A stretch of 64,000 bases of DNA from Thermoanaerobaculia bacterium (GCA_044226625.1 JBGAGQ010000006.1:64001-128000), one strand, 5' to 3'; numbered from the stretch's first letter, positions 35,483-45,910 are shown. Made by a program: numbers and translations. Notes: generated by a model not told the origin, from the letters alone.

Positions 35483-37612
35483 TTACCCCTTGCCGACGCG
35501 CGCCGCGGCGCGGGCCATCAGGTGCTCTTGGGAATTGCGCCTCTCCTCGCCCGGGGCCGGATGACGCTGGACGTAGCTGCCGTCGGGATGGAGGTCCCAG
35601 GCCTTGACGTTGTCGGCGAGCTGAAGATCGAGGATCTCGCGCAGCTCGGACTGGAGTGCGGGGTCTTCGACCGGGGCGATCGCCTCGACGCGGTAGTCGA
35701 GATTCCTCGACATCCAGTCGGCCGATCCGATGAAGTACTCGGGCGCGCCGCCGTTGCCGAAGTAGAAGATCCGCGCGTGCTCGAGGAAGCGACCGACGAT
35801 CGACAGGACGCGGACCGTCTCGCTCCGCCCCGGAACGCCCGGTCGCAGGCGACAGATGCCGCGGACGATCAGATCGATTTTCACCCCTTGGGCGCTCGCG
35901 TCGTAGAGGTCCTCGACGATCTGGGGATCTTCGAGCGAGTTCATCTTCGCCAGGACGTGTCCGCCGCGACCGGCTTTCTGGTGCTCGACCTCGCGCGCGA
36001 TCAGCTCGCGGAAACGGCTGCGCATGTTGAACGGCGCCACCAGCAGCTTTGCGAACGTCGGCCGGTGGACGTAACCGGTGAGCACGTTGAACAGCTGCCC
36101 GACGTCGGCCGCGAGCGCTTCGTTCGAGGAGAAGAGCCCCAGGTCGGTGTAGATCCGCGCGGTCTCGGCGTTGTAGTTGCCGGTCGCCACGTGGACGTAG
36201 GTGCGGATCGCGTCCTTTTCCTGGCGGACGACCAGGGCGACCTTGGTGTGGGTTTTCAAGCCGACCACGCCGTAGGCGACGTGCGCGCCCGCCTCTTCGA
36301 GCGCCTCGGCCCAGCCGATGTTCCGCTCCTCGTCGAAGCGGGCTTTCAGCTCGATCGTCGCGGCCACCTGTTTGCCCGCGCCCGCCGCGCGGATCAGCGA
36401 GCGCATCACCGACGAGTCGGAGGAGGTACGGTAGAGCGTCTGCTTGATCCCGAGCACCGCCGGATCGTCGGCCGCGGCGTCGAGGAAACGCTGGACGCTC
36501 GCGGGAAACGAGTCGTAGGGGTGATGGACCAGGAGGTCGCCCGCGGCGATAGCGCGGAAGATGTCGACCTCCTCGCCCGGCTCGGCGTGGAGCCGCGGCG
36601 GCGTCTGCGGTGCCCAGGCGCGGAACTTGAGCGCGGGGAGCGGCGCCTGACAGAGCACGGAAAGGTCCTTGAGCCCGAGCGGCGCCTCCACCTCGAAGAC
36701 CTCGTCGGTCGCGATTTCGAGCTCTTCGCAGAGCAGCTCGCACATCCAGTCGGGCATGCCGGTCTCGATCTCGACCCGCACCACCGTGGCGAAGCGCCGC
36801 TCGCGCAGCTCCTCCTGGATCGACTCGAGCAGGTCGTCGGCGGCCTCCTCGTACCGCTGGACGTCGGCGTTCCGGGTGACGCGGAACGGGTGGCAGGCGA
36901 CGATCTCCATGCCCGGGAAGAGGCGCACCAGATGGTGCCTGATCACCTCCTCGAGCGCCACGTAGCGGAGCGTGCCCGGGAACTGGAGGAAGCGCGGCAG
37001 GCTCCCGGGCACCTTGACCCGAGCGAAGCGGACCTTCTCGTCTTCCGGCGCGCGCACCGCGACCGCGAGCGAGATCGACAGGTTCGAGATGAACGGGAAT
37101 GGATGCGCCGGATCGACCGCGAGCGGCGTCAGGATCGGGAACAGCCGCTTCTCGAACTCGTTGCCGAGAAACCTCCGCTCCTCGTCGTTCAGCCGCTCCC
37201 AGCCCACCACCTCGAGCCCGTGCGCGGCGAGCGCCGGGCGCAGCTCCTCGCGCAGCAGCCGACGCTGGCGGTCGAGCAGAGGTCGCACGCGTTCCTGGAT
37301 CTCGGCGAGCTGCTGCCGCGGCGTGCGCCCGTCGGGCGTCAACTGGCGGAGCTGGCTCGCGAGCTGCTGTTTCAAGCCGCCCACCCGCTTCATGAAGAAT
37401 TCGTCGAGGTTGCTGTCGAAGATCGCGACGAAGCGCAGGCGCTCGAGCAGTGGATTCGTCTCGTCCTCGGCCTCGGCGAGCACGCGAGCGTTGAAGTCGA
37501 TCCAGGAGAGCTCGCGGTTGAAAAACAGGACGGGCGCTTCCGATTCGATCGCGGGGGCCGACCGGCGGGGGCGTGGTTTCGCTGCGGACACGGGCGATCC
37601 TTTGGGGGGCAT
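35483..37612 (-). CDS. ppk1: Polyphosphate kinase 1
   Basis: NRELSW, NLDEFFMKRV, HPFPFISN, LKTHTK, RFLEHARI, SADWM. Confidence 0.97.
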   Translation of the reverse strand: MPPKGSPVSAAKPRPRRSAPAIESEAPVLFFNRELSWIDFNARVLAEAEDETNPLLERLRFVAIFDSNLDEFFMKRVGGLKQQLASQLRQLTPDGRTPRQQLAEIQERVRPLLDRQRRLLREELRPALAAHGLEVVGWERLNDEERRFLGNEFEKRLFPILTPLAVDPAHPFPFISNLSISLAVAVRAPEDEKVRFARVKVPGSLPRFLQFPGTLRYVALEEVIRHHLVRLFPGMEIVACHPFRVTRNADVQRYEEAADDLLESIQEELRERRFATVVRVEIETGMPDWMCELLCEELEIATDEVFEVEAPLGLKDLSVLCQAPLPALKFRAWAPQTPPRLHAEPGEEVDIFRAIAAGDLLVHHPYDSFPASVQRFLDAAADDPAVLGIKQTLYRTSSDSSVMRSLIRAAGAGKQVAATIELKARFDEERNIGWAEALEEAGAHVAYGVVGLKTHTKVALVVRQEKDAIRTYVHVATGNYNAETARIYTDLGLFSSNEALAADVGQLFNVLTGYVHRPTFAKLLVAPFNMRSRFRELIAREVEHQKAGRGGHVLAKMNSLEDPQIVEDLYDASAQGVKIDLIVRGICRLRPGVPGRSETVRVLSIVGRFLEHARIFYFGNGGAPEYFIGSADWMSRNLDYRVEAIAPVEDPALQSELREILDLQLADNVKAWDLHPDGSYVQRHPAPGEERRNSQEHLMARAAARVGKG

Positions 37613-37753
37613 GGTCGGCAAGACGGCGGGAAAGTGGGCGACATGCTGCCACGTCCCGTGGCTTTCCCGGGTGACGGCGGCGTGACAGAGCGATTCTACC
37701 GCTCCCGACGCGCGGCGACTCGGGCGCCGGGGCGGGCTACAATCTGGCCCTTG

Positions 37754-39178
37754 ATGTCCACGGTCGCCGCACGTCCCCTCGCCCGCCGCCTCCTGATCAC
37801 GCTGCTGCCGCTCGCGCTCCTCGCCGGGTGTCCGCGCGGCGAGGCGCCGGAGCGGCCCGCGCTCTCGGGCGCGGCCAAGGGGTGGAACGTCCTGCTGCTC
37901 TCGGTCGACACCCTGCGCGCCGATCGGCTCGGCGCTTACGGCTATCGACCGGGGCGTCCCGGGCCGGACAACAGCCCGCGGATGGACCGCCTGATCGGTC
38001 AGGGCATCCGCTTCGACGGCGCCGAGGCGCAGCGGGCGGCGACCTGGCCGTCGCTCGCGACCATCCTCTCAGGGCTCTACCCTTCCGGCCACGGCGTGCT
38101 CGAGAACGGCTACAGCTTTCCCGACGGGCTGCCGACGCTGCCGATCGAGCTCAAAAAAGCGGGGTACGAGACCGGCGCGTTCCTCTCCAACATGTGCAAG
38201 GCGAACCACCAGGGGTGGAACGATTTCGCGTGTACGGGGGGCGAGGACGGCAAGACGGTGCAGCGCGCGATCGACTGGAGCCGCTCGCGCCAAGGCAAAC
38301 AGCCCTTCCTACTCTGGGTCCACCTGTTCGGGGCCCACGGCCCCTACTACAACGGCGGCGATCTCGCGGCGCGGGTTCTCGATCCGGGCTATGCCGGCCC
38401 GCTCGGCACGAAGCGCTGGCAGCTCGATCGCGTCCACCTCGAAAAGCTCGCGCTCTCCTCCCGCGACCGCACCCACCTCGACGCGCTCTACGACGCCGCG
38501 GTGATCGGCAGCGACCGCCACGTCGGCACTCTGCTCGACGGTCTCGCGGGGGCGGGCAAGCTCGACCGGACGCTGATCGTCCTGCTCGCCGATCACGGGG
38601 AGGAGCTCTACCAGCACAACGGCTACCTCTACCATTCGTGCTCGGTCTACGAGGACACGCTGCACGTGCCGTTTGCGATCGTCGCCCCCGGACTCGTTCC
38701 GGCCGGCGCCAGCGTGCCGCAACGGGTGGAGCTCACCGACGTCGCGCCCACGGTCTACGCTCTGCTCGGCGCCAAGCCCCCGCAGCAGCACGGCCGGTCG
38801 CTCGTTCCCTACCTCGAACGGCCGGGCGGCGGCGGCGCCGGCAAACCGGCATTTTCCGAGTACGGCCTCGGCCCGATCCGCACGATTCGGGAGGGGCGCT
38901 TCAAGCTGGTCTGGAATCCCCAGGGGTACGATCCGGTCTGCATTCCGAAGGCGCCGCCAGGGCATTACCCGATCGCGACCGCCGAGCTGTACGACCTCGA
39001 GGCGGATCCCGGCGAACGCAAGAACCTCGCGCCGGACGATCCGGCCCGAGTGCGCGAGCTCGCGCGGCACCTCGACCAGCGGTTCGCCTCCCTGCCCGGC
39101 CTGGGCAAGGCCGGCAAACAGGAGATCACGCCCGAGCAGCGGAAGAAGCTCGAGGCGCTCGGCTACGCGGTGCCGTAG
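37754..39178 (+). CDS. Sulfatase-like lipoprotein
   Basis: Lipobox LAGC, SVDTLRADRL, TWPSLATILSG, ADHGEE, ELYDLEADPGE, LEALGY. Confidence 0.88.
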   Translation: MSTVAARPLARRLLITLLPLALLAGCPRGEAPERPALSGAAKGWNVLLLSVDTLRADRLGAYGYRPGRPGPDNSPRMDRLIGQGIRFDGAEAQRAATWPSLATILSGLYPSGHGVLENGYSFPDGLPTLPIELKKAGYETGAFLSNMCKANHQGWNDFACTGGEDGKTVQRAIDWSRSRQGKQPFLLWVHLFGAHGPYYNGGDLAARVLDPGYAGPLGTKRWQLDRVHLEKLALSSRDRTHLDALYDAAVIGSDRHVGTLLDGLAGAGKLDRTLIVLLADHGEELYQHNGYLYHSCSVYEDTLHVPFAIVAPGLVPAGASVPQRVELTDVAPTVYALLGAKPPQQHGRSLVPYLERPGGGGAGKPAFSEYGLGPIRTIREGRFKLVWNPQGYDPVCIPKAPPGHYPIATAELYDLEADPGERKNLAPDDPARVRELARHLDQRFASLPGLGKAGKQEITPEQRKKLEALGYAVP

Positions 39179-39200
39179 AGAGGGCCGATCCCGTTCGGGT

Positions 39201-39229
39201 TTGACCCCTCCCGGGGCGGGTGCTACCAT
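39201..39229 (+). promoter_or_regulatory. sigma70-type promoter
   Basis: TTGACC-17 nt-TACCAT with extended TG, 110 nt upstream of ATG 39340. Confidence 0.55.
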
Positions 39230-39339
39230 CCGCCGGCCTTTCTGGGCGGGCGGTTTTCGACGTTCTTGGCCGCCAGCCACCAGCGCCAATCAATTCATTC
39301 CTGAGCTTAATCGGTCCCTCAAGGGAGCTTTCCACGAAC

Positions 39340-40494
39340 ATGGATGCAAGGCACAAGGTCGTCATCGCGGGCGCCGGGGGGATGGGTAGCGCGGTCGGTT
39401 TGCTGTTGCGGGAGCTGGCGGATTTCGACGTCGACCTCTGGATCGGCGACCTCGATCTGGAACGGGCGAAGCACGCCGCCGCATGGATCGCCGACGGCTC
39501 GAACCGGACGGGCTCGGTCGAGCCCTTCCTGCTGCCGGCTTCGGGGGGAAGCCCCGAGTTCGAGCAGATCCTCGACGCGGGCGACGCCCTGCTCGACTGC
39601 CTGCCGGGCGCCGAAGCACCGCGCATGGCGCGCTTCGCGCGCGAGAGGCACCTGCATTACGCGAACTTGACCGAATACGTCCACGAGACCGATCAGGTGG
39701 TCGAGATCGCCCGCGGCGCCGACACCGGATTCGTGGTCCAGACCGGTATCGCCCCGGGGTACGTGAACATTCTCGGCCACGGCCTGTTCCAGGACTTCTG
39801 TCGCGACCACGGCGTCTCCGCAGTCGATTCGATCGAGATGCGGGTGGGAGCGCTCACGCCGCACTCCCCGTCGCCCCACTGCTACGGCTTCACCTGGAGC
39901 TCGATCGGCGTCGCGACCGAATACGTCAAGCCCGCGATCGCCGTACGCGACTTCGAAACGACGCTCCTGCCATCGCTCACGGAGCGGCGGAACCTCCAGC
40001 TCGGCGGCATCGTCTACGAAGAGGCGCTCACCTCCGGCGGCGCGGCCGACCTGCCGAAAGCGCTTGCGGGTAGGGTGCGGAACCTCGACTACAAGACCCT
40101 CCGCTACCCCGGGCATTACGCCTGGGTCGAGGCGCAGCTCGCCGAGTGCCCGGCGGGGGAAGATCCGGCGCACTTCCTCCACCACCGAATGCTTGAACAG
40201 GTCCCCCACGTCGACGGCGACGATCTCGTCCTCGTCTACGCCGCCGTCCAGGGCAAGAACGCCAAAGGCGTCCTCCATCGGCGCGAGATCGCCTACCGCG
40301 TCCGCCCAATGCAGATCGGAGCGCGAAAGCTCAAGGCGATCCAGACCACCACAACCTCGGCCCTCGCCGAATCGGTCCGCCTTCTCCTCCAGCCCGACGG
40401 CCCCAAGGGCGTCTGCTTCCAAAGCCAAATCGACCGCGCCACCTTCGCCGCCGGCCCCTTCATCGGCGCGGTTTATCGGGACGCGGAGATCTGA
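39340..40494 (+). CDS. Saccharopine dehydrogenase/lysine 6-dehydrogenase family
   Basis: GAGGMG, GIAPGY, FTWS, TSGG, YKTLRYPGH. Confidence 0.88.
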   Translation: MDARHKVVIAGAGGMGSAVGLLLRELADFDVDLWIGDLDLERAKHAAAWIADGSNRTGSVEPFLLPASGGSPEFEQILDAGDALLDCLPGAEAPRMARFARERHLHYANLTEYVHETDQVVEIARGADTGFVVQTGIAPGYVNILGHGLFQDFCRDHGVSAVDSIEMRVGALTPHSPSPHCYGFTWSSIGVATEYVKPAIAVRDFETTLLPSLTERRNLQLGGIVYEEALTSGGAADLPKALAGRVRNLDYKTLRYPGHYAWVEAQLAECPAGEDPAHFLHHRMLEQVPHVDGDDLVLVYAAVQGKNAKGVLHRREIAYRVRPMQIGARKLKAIQTTTTSALAESVRLLLQPDGPKGVCFQSQIDRATFAAGPFIGAVYRDAEI

Positions 40495-40608
40495 GGGTAG
40501 GGTTCGCCCTTCTAGGCAGGTCCGCGCACTCGGCCAAGGTTAGAGGGGCCTCAGACTCTAGGAATTCGACGACGACTCGTTTGTCGCTCTCGCGCACGAG
40601 GCGAGGCC

Positions 40609-41028
40609 TTACATCGACCAGGCTGCGAGTCTCTGAATTCCTCCGAGCCTTCGGGCTTTGAGGTAGTAGGTGTCATCGGCCGTCACCAGGGAACTGCCGG
40701 TTTCGAGCGCGACGGCATGGTAGAGGGTATTGAAAAGGTGATGCCGGAGCTCGGCAGCCAGCCGGCAAGTCAAGCCGTAGATTCCAACCTCCGACCGAAC
40801 AGGAAACTCCAGGGCATCGAGCAACGTCACCGAGTCGGCGGCGGTGTCAGGGCTAAGGCGCGCTATGACCGCCGCAACTTCGGCGAGCTAATGCGGGGGC
40901 TGGACAGGTGCTATCTGACCCTTCCGGACGCAATCTAGGATCGCGAGAGCTTGGGACGCATCATCCTCCTTTTCTAGGGATGGAACGACCCACTTGACGA
41001 TCACGCTTGCGTCCAAGACCAGGATCAC
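40609..41028 (-). pseudogene. vapC: VapC/PIN-domain toxin with in-frame TAG (codon 47)
   Basis: VILVLDASVIVKW...QPPH*LAEV...YHAVALE...LVTAD; TAG at 40888-40890; GTG start overlaps the antitoxin stop. Confidence 0.8.
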
Positions 41029-41264
41029 GGTCGACCCTGGTGCCGCGCACGGGTCACTGCCGCAGCGGAAATCTTAGGCAGACGTTTCCGGAGATCGAGC
41101 AGGGCGTCGATCGCCAGAGCGCGTCGCTTCGAGCGATCCCGCTCCTCGATCGCCTCCGCCATGAGCCGCGCGATGATCGCGCTCCGGTTCTCCCCGGCGA
41201 ACGTTTCCTGGAATTTGACCTTGATCTCTTCCGGAACCCTGAACTCAATCGTCACAAAGGCCAT
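41025..41264 (-). CDS. Ribbon-helix-helix-type antitoxin (VapB-like)
   Basis: MAFVTIEFRVPEEIK...ENRSAIIARLM; RBS GGAGG; coupled to the PIN gene. Confidence 0.75.
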   Translation of the reverse strand: MAFVTIEFRVPEEIKVKFQETFAGENRSAIIARLMAEAIEERDRSKRRALAIDALLDLRKRLPKISAAAVTRARHQGRP

Positions 41265-41323
41265 CGGAACACCTCCCTGTCGAGATCTTCGACAAGATGG
41301 GCTTTTTAAAACCCGGGGAGAAA

Positions 41324-41929
41324 TCAACTCTCCGCCGCGCGCTCCCGCCAGACAGCCCAGGCCATCCAGAGGTTTGCCGTAAAGAGCGTCGCCGCGAGCA
41401 GGAGGAGCGGCGCGCCGCCGGGCCAGAGGGAGGCGAAGCCGCCGAGCTGGTAGATCAGTCCGTAGCGGCGGAACGGCGGGAAGGAGATGCCGCCGAGAAT
41501 GTAGAAGGAGTGGCCGAGCAGGAGGAGCCAAACTCCCGGTACGGCCCAGGCGGCGTTTTGCCAGAAGAGAAGGCCGGAGAGCAGGACCGCCACGAGCGAC
41601 AGGTTGCCTTGGGCGCGTAGCGCCCAGCGGGCGAGTCCGCTCGCGGGGGCGTTCTCGGCCGCCTTGCGGATCGCCAGGAACTCGACCGCGCCGCCGAGCA
41701 GGATCGCGATCGACCAGAGGAAGAGGACGGCCCGGGGACCGCGGAAGGCGAGCGCTTTTGGAGTGAGGAACGCCGCTGTGGGGAGGACGGCCGCCCAGGA
41801 GGCCCACGTCCACCAGGCGCGCAGGAACGGCTTCGACGCCGCGAGGAAGCGGTCGCGCACCGGTTCGAGATCGTCGCTTCCCGCGGCGGGCTTCTTCCCC
41901 ACGAACAGCGGATCGTATTCGGAGGCCAT
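41324..41929 (-). CDS. Hypothetical membrane protein
   Basis: MASEYDPLF...; about 6 hydrophobic segments. Confidence 0.7.
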   Translation of the reverse strand: MASEYDPLFVGKKPAAGSDDLEPVRDRFLAASKPFLRAWWTWASWAAVLPTAAFLTPKALAFRGPRAVLFLWSIAILLGGAVEFLAIRKAAENAPASGLARWALRAQGNLSLVAVLLSGLLFWQNAAWAVPGVWLLLLGHSFYILGGISFPPFRRYGLIYQLGGFASLWPGGAPLLLLAATLFTANLWMAWAVWRERAAES

Positions 41930-41952
41930 GAGGCGGCAGGGATCCGTCGACT

Positions 41953-43020
41953 TCAGCCGCCGGACGCAGGCACGTCCGGCAGCGCGGCGCGAAACGGCGG
42001 CAGCTCCGCGGGCTCGGTTTCGTGGAGCTTGCCCACGTCGATCGAAAGCGTGCCGTCGGGCGTCGGCGGGTTGAACAGGTTGACGAAGCGGGCGCCCCAG
42101 ATCATCTCGTCCGCGGTGTACGACGAGCGGGTGAGCACCGTTTGCGAGAACGTCTCGTCGAACGCCTGGATCAGGATCAGCAGCTCCGTGCTCGCCTCTT
42201 CGACCTCTTCGCGCGAAAGACCCCAGAGCGGGCTCGTCTCGTCGATCGGGTGGACCAGCGTCCAGGAGAGCGGGAAGAACTCGACGTGATCGCGCTCCAG
42301 CTTGAGCGGCAGGAATTCGCGTCCCATCCCCGCCACGCCGTCCCGGAAGCGGCCGAGGATCACCCGCGCCTCGACCTGGATCAGTTGGTTGCTCCGGCTG
42401 TTGGCGATCCGGAACATGAGCGCCCGGCCGTCGCGAAACGGCGCGACGATCGCCCGATCCGAAAACAGGACGCATGCTCCAGGGCGCGAGAAACGCGCGA
42501 AGACCAGCCCGGTGACGAGGGTCAGGCTGAGCAGGCCGGCGAGCGATTCCACCGTCACCAGCCAGTGGGCGACGAGCGAGTGGGGGCTGGTCGCGCCGTA
42601 GCCGATCGTCGCGAAGGTCTGGACGCTGAAGAAGAAATCCTGGAGGTAGATGTCGAGCGCTCCCGCCGACCGGTCGATTCCGAGCAGCGCCTCGGGTCCG
42701 CAGGCCCAGTAGGCGAAGCCGAACAGACCGTTGATCCCGAGATAGAGCGCGAGCACCAGGCCCAGGAAGCGGGGCCAGCTCGCGGTGAGAAGGAAGTGAT
42801 AGGGCGAGAGCGAGCGCCAGAACCCGAGACCCTCGCGCACGACGTTGAAGGTGCCGTTGCGGTTGAGCAGCCGGCGTCGGCTTTCGCGCGAGACGACGGC
42901 GCCGAAGCCGAGGTCCGGATTCGGGTCGAGCGGCGACGGGGAGCCCGACGGCGCGGGTCCGCCCCCCACCGCTCCGGCGGCCGGCCTCCCGGCGGAGGTC
43001 ACCTTCTTGCGGCCGATCAT
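41953..43020 (-). CDS. Inward rectifier potassium channel (KirBac family)
   Basis: FFFSVQTFATIGYG filter, FARFSRP, LMFRIAN, FPLSWTLVHPIDETSPL. Confidence 0.92.
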   Translation of the reverse strand: MIGRKKVTSAGRPAAGAVGGGPAPSGSPSPLDPNPDLGFGAVVSRESRRRLLNRNGTFNVVREGLGFWRSLSPYHFLLTASWPRFLGLVLALYLGINGLFGFAYWACGPEALLGIDRSAGALDIYLQDFFFSVQTFATIGYGATSPHSLVAHWLVTVESLAGLLSLTLVTGLVFARFSRPGACVLFSDRAIVAPFRDGRALMFRIANSRSNQLIQVEARVILGRFRDGVAGMGREFLPLKLERDHVEFFPLSWTLVHPIDETSPLWGLSREEVEEASTELLILIQAFDETFSQTVLTRSSYTADEMIWGARFVNLFNPPTPDGTLSIDVGKLHETEPAELPPFRAALPDVPASGG

Positions 43021-43063
43021 TGGCCCTAGCGTAGCAGCGTCCCGACGATATGCTCGGAGCGAC

Positions 43064-43834
43064 GTGGCGCTCGAATCCGCCGAAGCCCTGATCCTCTCCG
43101 TCTCGGACCTCCAGGACCGCGATCGCATCGTCGTCTTCCTCACCCGCGAGCACGGCCGGAAGAAAGGCGTCGCCAAGGGCTCCCGAACGCGCCACAGCCG
43201 CTTCGCCGGCCAGCTCCAGCCGCTCGCCAAGGCGGCGATCACCTGGTTTCAAAAGGAGGGGGCCGACCTGGTCCGGCTCTCCTCGGTCGAGCTGATCCGG
43301 CCCGCGGGTCCGCTGCTCGACCAGCTCGACGACATCCTGCTCGGCGCTTATCTCGCCGAGCACATGATCGAGTTCGCCCAGGAGGACGAGCCGAGCGAGG
43401 CGCTCTACCGCCTGCTCGACGCGACGCTCGAGGCGCTCCTTTCCGGCGTCGACCGGGACGCGGTCGCCCGTTACTTCGAGGCCTGGGTGCTCCGGCTCGC
43501 CGGAATCTTCCCCCCGCCGCGCGACTGCCCGGAATGCGGTGGCGACCTCGCGACGAAGGGGGCCGTCCTGCCCCGCGGCGGCGACGGCCTGCTCTGCGCC
43601 GACTGCGCCGACTCCGCTCACCGCGACGGGCGGACGCTCCAGCCGGGAACCCTCGATTTCCTGTTGCGAATCAGCCGCGTCCCCCCGGCGCTCGCAGGCG
43701 AGCCGAAGCCCCCCGCGGCGGTCCTCCGCCAGGTGGAAGAGCTGTGTACCGAGATACGCCGCGGTTTCCTGCAACACGAGCTCAAGAGCCGCCACGTGCT
43801 GGAGCAAATTCGCGGTCGGGTCGACACGCGGTAG
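43064..43834 (+). CDS. recO: DNA repair protein RecO
   Basis: DRIVVFLTREHG...AKG, Zn-binding CPECG...CADC; GTG start. Confidence 0.9.
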   Translation: MALESAEALILSVSDLQDRDRIVVFLTREHGRKKGVAKGSRTRHSRFAGQLQPLAKAAITWFQKEGADLVRLSSVELIRPAGPLLDQLDDILLGAYLAEHMIEFAQEDEPSEALYRLLDATLEALLSGVDRDAVARYFEAWVLRLAGIFPPPRDCPECGGDLATKGAVLPRGGDGLLCADCADSAHRDGRTLQPGTLDFLLRISRVPPALAGEPKPPAAVLRQVEELCTEIRRGFLQHELKSRHVLEQIRGRVDTR

Positions 43835-43862
43835 GCGGCGCCGCTCGAAAGACGGAGCACGG

Positions 43863-45863
43863 ATGCCGTACCTACCCGCCCTGCTGCTCGCGCTGTTCGC
43901 CTTCTGGGCCGGCAACTTCGTCCAGGGGGCGACGGGGCTCGGTGCGATCGCAGGTCACGCGGCCCTCGGTGTAGTGCTGATCCTTCTCGGCGGACGCGGG
44001 GGGGCGTTCACGGATCCCCTTCGGCTCGGCCGCGCCGGCCGGTTCCTCCCCTTCGCCGCGCTGGTCGCGGCGGTCGCGAGCCCGCTCGCCTCTCCGGTGC
44101 CTCGGACCGGCCAGGTCGGGATCCTGGTCGCCCTCCTCCTGCTGTTCGTCGCGCCGGTTCTCGCTCGCTCGTTCGAGCGCGACCCGGCCCGAGCCGCGGC
44201 GGCCGTCTCGGCGGTCGTGGTGCTGGTTTCGCTCTACGCCCTCGCGGCTTCGCTCGCCGGACGGTCGGCGCGTCCGGCGCTTCCACTCGGCCATCACACG
44301 CTGCTCGCCGCCTGGCTCGCGATGCTCCTGCCGCTCGCCGCGCTACCCGCGTTCGAACGAACGTCGCGGTCCGAGGGAGCCCCCTCTGCCAAGCATTCCG
44401 GGGGGATCGCGCTCGGCGCGGGCGCCGCGTTGATCGGCTTGCTCGCGCTCCTCGCCTCGCGCTCGGCCGCGGGACTCCTCGCCGTCGCGGCCCAGGCGGC
44501 GATCGCCCCACTCTTCCTCGGCGGCCGGCGGGCACGGAAGGCGACGTTCTGGCTCGCACTGGCCCTTCTACTCCTCCTCGTGCCCCGCGCGGTCGCCATC
44601 CTCTCCGGCCATGATCCCTCGGCCGCCGCCCGCCAGGTGTACTGGCGGGCGGGCGTCGCCGGCTTCGCCGAGCGGCCCCTGCTCGGTTGGGGGCCGGGGG
44701 CGACCCCCTGGACGATCGCGCCGTTCCTGCGCCCCATTCCGGGCGCGAACCCTCCCGGCGAAGCGGTCGGAGAGCTGCATTCGCTGCCGCTTACGATCGC
44801 CTACGAGCTCGGCGGAACCGGCCTCGCGCTCGCCGGGGCGCTCGCGCTCGCGTTCCTGCTTCGCCGGATCCGGGAGGAACGGGAAGCCCCCGATTCGCTG
44901 CGCCGCGCTGGCCTGCTCGGCCTGCTCGGCGGCGCGATCGCCTCGCTCGGCACGGGGGCTTGGTCGGTCGCCGCTCTGCCCGTCGCCGCGGTGATTGCCG
45001 CCAGCGCCGCGCTCGCCCCTTCGAGGGGATCGACCGAACCCTCGTCCGTGACTCGCATCGCGCCGGCGCGCCGCCCGGCGCTCGCCCGCGCGATCGGGGC
45101 CGCGTCGCTCCTCCTGCTCGCGCCGTTCGACCTCGGCCACCTCGACTACGACCGGGCGATCGGCACCGACCCGCGGCGGTCGATCGAAGCGCTCGACGAG
45201 GCGCTCGCGAGCGATCCCTCGTTCGGCCTCTACCGCGCGCGGCGCGCGGCGTACCGGGCGCGAACCGTCGGGGAGGACGCCGAGGAGGCCTGGCGCGCCG
45301 CGCGCGATGCGGGCGACGTCGCTCCGCTCTGGCTCCTCGCCGGCGAGTTGGGCGTCGAGGCGCGGCGCCCCTGGTCGGGCGCCGCGCTCGACCGCGCCTG
45401 CCGCGCCGCGCCGTTCGACGGCATCGCCCCCTGGCTGCGCCTCTCCGCCGCCCCTCCCGCCGATGATCCGGTCTCGATCGCGGCCCGCGCCTTTCTCGCC
45501 GAACCGAAGCTGCTCCAGGCCGTCCAGGGCCCGCCGCTCGCCGTGCGGCGGCAAGCCGTCGCGCGGATCGAGCACCTGCCTGGCCTCGACCGCGGCTGGC
45601 GCCGCGCTCTGGTTCTCGCCGCCCGTCGATCCCTTCCCTCGGGTCCGATCTCGTTTCTCACCTTCGGCGCCGAGACGCCGGACGGAAGCTTTTCGCTTCA
45701 CTGGTTCCGCCGCCTCCCCTGGGGCGCCTACCTCGGCGGCGTGGCGCTTCGCGGTGCGGCGCCCTCGGATCGAGAGCTGCCCGCGGCGACCCGATTACCC
45801 ACCACCGCCGCGAGCTTGTTCGACGATTCGGGCTGCCGACTCGGCGCGACGTCGACCCGGTAA
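43863..45863 (+). CDS. O-antigen ligase-family membrane protein
   Basis: Multi-TM; SRS, RxxYW, PLLGWGPG, LHS...ELGxxG motifs; helical C-terminus. Confidence 0.75.
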   Translation: MPYLPALLLALFAFWAGNFVQGATGLGAIAGHAALGVVLILLGGRGGAFTDPLRLGRAGRFLPFAALVAAVASPLASPVPRTGQVGILVALLLLFVAPVLARSFERDPARAAAAVSAVVVLVSLYALAASLAGRSARPALPLGHHTLLAAWLAMLLPLAALPAFERTSRSEGAPSAKHSGGIALGAGAALIGLLALLASRSAAGLLAVAAQAAIAPLFLGGRRARKATFWLALALLLLLVPRAVAILSGHDPSAAARQVYWRAGVAGFAERPLLGWGPGATPWTIAPFLRPIPGANPPGEAVGELHSLPLTIAYELGGTGLALAGALALAFLLRRIREEREAPDSLRRAGLLGLLGGAIASLGTGAWSVAALPVAAVIAASAALAPSRGSTEPSSVTRIAPARRPALARAIGAASLLLLAPFDLGHLDYDRAIGTDPRRSIEALDEALASDPSFGLYRARRAAYRARTVGEDAEEAWRAARDAGDVAPLWLLAGELGVEARRPWSGAALDRACRAAPFDGIAPWLRLSAAPPADDPVSIAARAFLAEPKLLQAVQGPPLAVRRQAVARIEHLPGLDRGWRRALVLAARRSLPSGPISFLTFGAETPDGSFSLHWFRRLPWGAYLGGVALRGAAPSDRELPAATRLPTTAASLFDDSGCRLGATSTR

Positions 45864-45910
45864 AAACCGCGTCCCGAGGGTCAAGTTGCGGTGTTCATTG
45901 GAGTTTCGGG

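Noticed and set aside
35054-37753. Very long alternative ORFs (e.g. the 5' part of 35054..39178, 46268..49942, 30320..33250, 7313..9571)
   Set aside because: Antisense or shadow frames of real genes, typical of high-GC DNA; no recognisable motifs.
39230-39339. Lysine riboswitch ahead of the saccharopine dehydrogenase-like gene
   Set aside because: The leader is too short and lacks recognisable L-box motifs.
41953-43020. Functional link between the KirBac channel and potABCD (polyamine block)
   Set aside because: About 19 kb apart with no shared context; probably coincidental.
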